DNA from: a virus
Reading direction: 5' to 3' (one strand)
Virus record (IMG/VR): IMGVR_UViG_3300044846_003008
DNA: 64,000 bases
Translations under genes and position numbers: made by a program
Notes under the pieces: generated by a model
What the model saw: only the letters and a program-made list of their open reading frames with translations
The model's database searches: none
Told to the model about the DNA's origin: nothing
In this document: piece by piece, positions 61,648-64,000 of the stretch
Layout: every line of letters starts with the position of its first letter
How positions within the stretch are numbered: position 1 is the stretch's first letter

Positions 61648-61874
61648 TATCTGAAGAAATATTTTCTTGAATAATACCCAAGGGTGTTTATGTCAATATC
61701 ATCATTATTAATGAACATAAATCCTTGATATTGGTCGGCGATATGTAACGCACTTTCAATCATAGTACAAATACCAATTTTAAAATCTTTGGTTGCGATT
61801 TCATCGGTTCTTGATAATTGAAGGTTTGCGTAATCAACCATATCTTTAACTGAAACTGTTTTTCTTTTTGCCAT
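61647..61874 (-). CDS. Hypothetical protein
   Basis: 75-aa ORF. Confidence 0.65.
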   Translation of the reverse strand: MAKRKTVSVKDMVDYANLQLSRTDEIATKDFKIGICTMIESALHIADQYQGFMFINNDDIDINTLGYYSRKYFFR

Positions 61875-61941
61875 AACATTAAGTTTTATGTTACGAAGAT
61901 ATATAAATTTTGGGGAAAAACATACGGAATAGAAAAAAAAG

Positions 61942-62048
61942 TTATTAATACAGGATTCGAACCTGTGAGTCCCCGTGTATAGGTATCATACATACCACAT
62001 TCCCGGACTTTATGTATGCTCAACCTTAAGCCACTCGGTCAATTAATT
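61942..62048 (-). ncRNA. tRNA-like RNA without a recognisable anticodon loop
   Basis: D-arm ACCGAGTGGCTTAAGGT and T-arm ACAGG-TTCGAAT-CCTGT intact; all-AU acceptor stem; ~56-nt centre. Confidence 0.55.
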
Positions 62049-62051
62049 AAC

Positions 62052-62259
62052 CACCCCTGAGATTACGGGGTGTAGATGTCCTCAGTTTTTCTTATACAAA
62101 ACCCAACGCGTCTTACCGCTTAAAAATCAACCATTACGTCGGAGTGAGGATGGTGTTCCACACTATTAGCCCAACGACCCCCTTTACAAATCCTAATGAG
62201 GTATCAGATATATCATTGTTTAAGTAACGATACCAAATCTAGTGAGTTTCTCGAACTCA
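62052..62259 (-). ncRNA. Candidate ~210-nt structured RNA sharing the 3' module of the GOLLD-like RNA
   Basis: Helices UGAGUU/AACUCA, GGUAUC/GAUACC, GCG/CGC; terminal CACCCC-GUAAUCUCA-GGGGUG preceded by ACUGAGGA. Confidence 0.6.
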
Positions 62260-62262
62260 TTG

Positions 62263-62337
62263 TGGAGACAGTGGGAATCGAACCCACCACACGGTGATTG
62301 CAAATCATCATCGCCACGCCTTGGAACATTTGCCCCC
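62263..62337 (-). tRNA. tRNA-Cys(GCA), atypical
   Basis: GGGGGCA/TGTCTCC acceptor, loop TTTGCAA, GTGGG-TTCGATT-CCCAC; A8 and A73. Confidence 0.75.
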
Positions 62338-62342
62338 AAATT

Positions 62343-62444
62343 TAGACAACAGGTAATACTCACATTTATTATTACCTAACTCAACGACCTCTGCAGTTGT
62401 GAATCTGTTTTAAAGGTTTTCCTCGGTGAAGAGTTTGTTGTCTA
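62343..62444 (-). ncRNA. Candidate ~100-nt structured RNA (copy A)
   Basis: Closing helix TAGACAACA/TGTTGTCTA; internal AGGTAATA/TATTACCT hairpin; motifs AACUGCAG and GUUGAGUU. Confidence 0.5.
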
Positions 62445-62449
62445 TTTTT

Positions 62450-62608
62450 TTATTTGAAAGACTTTGATTGGTCCTCCCTATTTAATTCTTTCTCAATGTA
62501 GATATTGACCATATGTATTAGTGTGTCAGAATCAATATCAATTGTTTGACTTTCCTTACTTTCTTTCAGAAACGGAAAGATATTTTTAAAATACTCCTCG
62601 AATTTCAT
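62450..62608 (-). CDS. Small hypothetical protein (52 aa), not in ORF track
   Basis: MKFEEYFKNIFPFLKESKESQTIDIDSDTLIHMVNIYIEKELNREDQSKSFK*. Confidence 0.55.
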   Translation of the reverse strand: MKFEEYFKNIFPFLKESKESQTIDIDSDTLIHMVNIYIEKELNREDQSKSFK

Positions 62609-62612
62609 TTTA

Positions 62613-62945
62613 TTATAACTTTATAAATGTTTCATTTTTGATTGATTTACTAATCCATCTTGCTAATTCAGAACCTCTTATTTCCGAATTGAAAGAAGTT
62701 GTCCCAAGGTCTTCAGATAATGTTGTGACCACATCTGACTCCTTAACTTTCGCACCAACTTCTAATGTTGATACATTATGTGTGACCTTTACATCAACTG
62801 TTGAAATTGGAAACTCGTACATATCACCAAAAACCTCAATCTTGTAATACAAATTACCTGCAATATAGTGACTAAATTTAGCCATTGCTTTAGACTTCAT
62901 TAAGTCTTTTTTAATTTCAGTTTCGTTTAACTCAATTGTAACCAT
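62613..62945 (-). CDS. Hypothetical protein
   Basis: Likely start MVTIELN at 62945. Confidence 0.7.
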   Translation of the reverse strand: MVTIELNETEIKKDLMKSKAMAKFSHYIAGNLYYKIEVFGDMYEFPISTVDVKVTHNVSTLEVGAKVKESDVVTTLSEDLGTTSFNSEIRGSELARWISKSIKNETFIKL

Positions 62946-63252
62946 TTTCCAATTTCCATTTATTATGTAATTCATTTATTGTGTGATAAGGACTACCTAC
63001 ACCTTCATAAATCTCATCAAAACCATTTTCTTTAGTAATAACAGATTCTTCAGCTTTAATTGCCCCCCTATATTTATCCCCGTAACTTCCTTGAACTGTT
63101 TTTGTTGCCGGGTCAATATCACCCCAAGATGCTCTCCAACTTCTTGGTTCAATATATTCTACGAAATATTGTTTACCTGTTTCAGGAAATACAACAATTT
63201 CTTTTCCTGTTTCGTCTCGATTTACTAAGAAATCTCTTTTTACATCTTCCAT
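62932..63252 (-). CDS. Hypothetical protein
   Basis: 106 aa; WGDIDPATK..GSYG.KY.G. Confidence 0.75.
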   Translation of the reverse strand: MEDVKRDFLVNRDETGKEIVVFPETGKQYFVEYIEPRSWRASWGDIDPATKTVQGSYGDKYRGAIKAEESVITKENGFDEIYEGVGSPYHTINELHNKWKLENGYN

Positions 63253-63281
63253 AACTGACTGTTATACTGTTTATTTTATTG

Positions 63282-63354
63282 AGCGGGTGGGGGGAATCGA
63301 ACCCTCGTCCTTAGATTGGAAGTCTAATATAATAAGCCACTATACGACACCCGC
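63282..63354 (-). tRNA. tRNA-Gly(TCC)
   Basis: GCGGGTG/CACCCGC, U73, TTAGA-CTTCCAA-TCTAA. Confidence 0.9.
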
Positions 63355-63360
63355 AATTTG

Positions 63361-63435
63361 GGTAGAATCAGACGCGTTCTGTCTACCGAGACCTCGACGT
63401 TGTACTATGTTTCAAGTCAGAGCGTACCGAGACAC
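63361..63435 (-). ncRNA. Candidate two-hairpin small RNA between tRNAs
   Basis: Hairpins 63393-63422 and 63361-63387; 9-nt direct repeat GUCUCGGUA. Confidence 0.4.
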
Positions 63436-63440
63436 TATTG

Positions 63441-63520
63441 TGAACCTGGAGGGAGTCGAACCCTCAATCCTAAAAATCGCGGCTTAAACACGACGCGTAT
63501 ACCAATTTCGCCACAGGTCC
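63441..63520 (-). tRNA. tRNA-Leu(TAA)
   Basis: GGACCTG/CAGGTTC, A73, loop TTTAAGC, short variable arm. Confidence 0.85.
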
Positions 63521-63526
63521 TTTTTG

Positions 63527-63599
63527 TACCCCTACAGGGATTCTAACCCCGATTAAACCCTTAGAAGGGGTTGGTCCTATACAGTTGAACGATAGGGGC
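63527..63599 (-). tRNA. tRNA-Arg(TCT), divergent
   Basis: AACCC-CTTCTAA-GGGTT; T-loop TTAGAAT; D-loop lacks GG. Confidence 0.75.
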
Positions 63600-63608
63600 G
63601 AATTATTG

Positions 63609-63680
63609 CGGACTATGTAGGATTCGAACCTACGACCTATCCGTTAACAGCGGAGTGCTCTACCACTGAGCTAATAGTCC
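63609..63680 (-). tRNA. tRNA-Asn(GTT)
   Basis: GGACTAT/ATAGTCC, G73, loop CTGTTAA, canonical T-arm. Confidence 0.92.
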
Positions 63681-63692
63681 ATTTAATTGTTG

Positions 63693-63765
63693 AGGTCCCT
63701 AACGGATTCGAACCGTTATCCCTGGGTTACAAAGCCAGAATAATAAGCCATTATACTAAGAGACC
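63693..63765 (-). tRNA. tRNA with TGT anticodon (nominal Thr)
   Basis: GGTCTCT/AGGGACC, loop TTTGTAA, AACGG-TTCGAAT-CCGTT. Confidence 0.75.
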
Positions 63766-63780
63766 AATTAAGAGTGTTAT

Positions 63781-63894
63781 TAATTCGTTTTACCTAAGAC
63801 CGCGAATCCACGTAAAACTCAACTTCACCAATATTTTTACTGCAGTTCCAATATTGTCACATTGCTACTATACTGAACTAATAACTACGAATTA
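63781..63894 (-). ncRNA. Candidate ~115-nt structured RNA (copy B)
   Basis: TAATTCGT/ACGAATTA closing helix; CAATATT/AATATTG and GTTTTAC/GTAAAAC hairpins; motifs AACUGCAG and GUUGAGUU. Confidence 0.5.
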
Positions 63895-63907
63895 CCCATC
63901 ATAATTT

Positions 63908-63981
63908 CACCATCGTTAGGGCTCGAACCTAAAGCTTCCGACTCCACGTCAGATGTGTTGACCAATTTACACCACTAGTTA
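63908..63981 (-). pseudogene. Pseudo-tRNA (loop CGTGGAG; Pro/His-derived)
   Basis: D-, anticodon- and T-arms pair, but the acceptor stem is broken and U33 is missing. Confidence 0.6.
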
Positions 63982-64000
63982 CTTAGATTGACAAATAATT

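Noticed and set aside
62455-62568. Apparent structured RNA (TGAAAGA/TCTTTCA)
   Set aside because: Better explained by the 52-aa ORF at 62450-62608
63393-63422. Hammerhead ribozyme (CUGA...GAAA)
   Set aside because: The CUGANGA core and stem II are absent
63287-63546. + strand ORFs of 62-66 aa
   Set aside because: Antisense to tRNA genes
1-64000. Stop-codon reassignment
   Set aside because: Core genes translate full-length in the standard code, and no suppressor tRNA was seen

Overview
This AT-rich 64-kb window is part of a large T4-like (myovirus-type) phage genome, most likely infecting Bacteroidota. Host evidence: a Flavobacterium-type bS21 gene, TAnnTTTG promoters, no Shine-Dalgarno sites, and a T9SS-type secreted protein. 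From left to right it contains: (1) a giant Thr/Pro-repeat, Cys-rich protein missed by the ORF track, plus related virion-type proteins, one fused to a papain-like protease; (2) a glycosyltransferase/dUTPase/PhoH cluster, a gp55-like sigma factor and baseplate-type genes; (3) the head module (major capsid, scaffold, prohead protease, bS21, portal, large terminase); (4) a nucleotidyltransferase, a KTSC protein, an N-domain-less ClpC and a peptidase; (5) a tmRNA and a minus-strand non-coding operon with three tandem promoters, boxB/boxA-like elements, an ~875-nt GOLLD-like RNA, an atypical tRNA-Met and an ~370-nt structured RNA; (6) three cell-wall peptidase-like genes and an RNA-repair cluster; (7) a tRNA array interleaved with unexplained structured RNAs. 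The most notable signal is the non-coding RNA repertoire. An ~210-nt RNA shares the 3' pseudoknot module of the GOLLD-like RNA, two ~105-nt RNAs share two 8-mers, and one tRNA mimic lacks an anticodon loop. A family of short helical tags on unrelated late proteins may be capsid-targeting signals. All calls come from manual motif reading; no searches were run.
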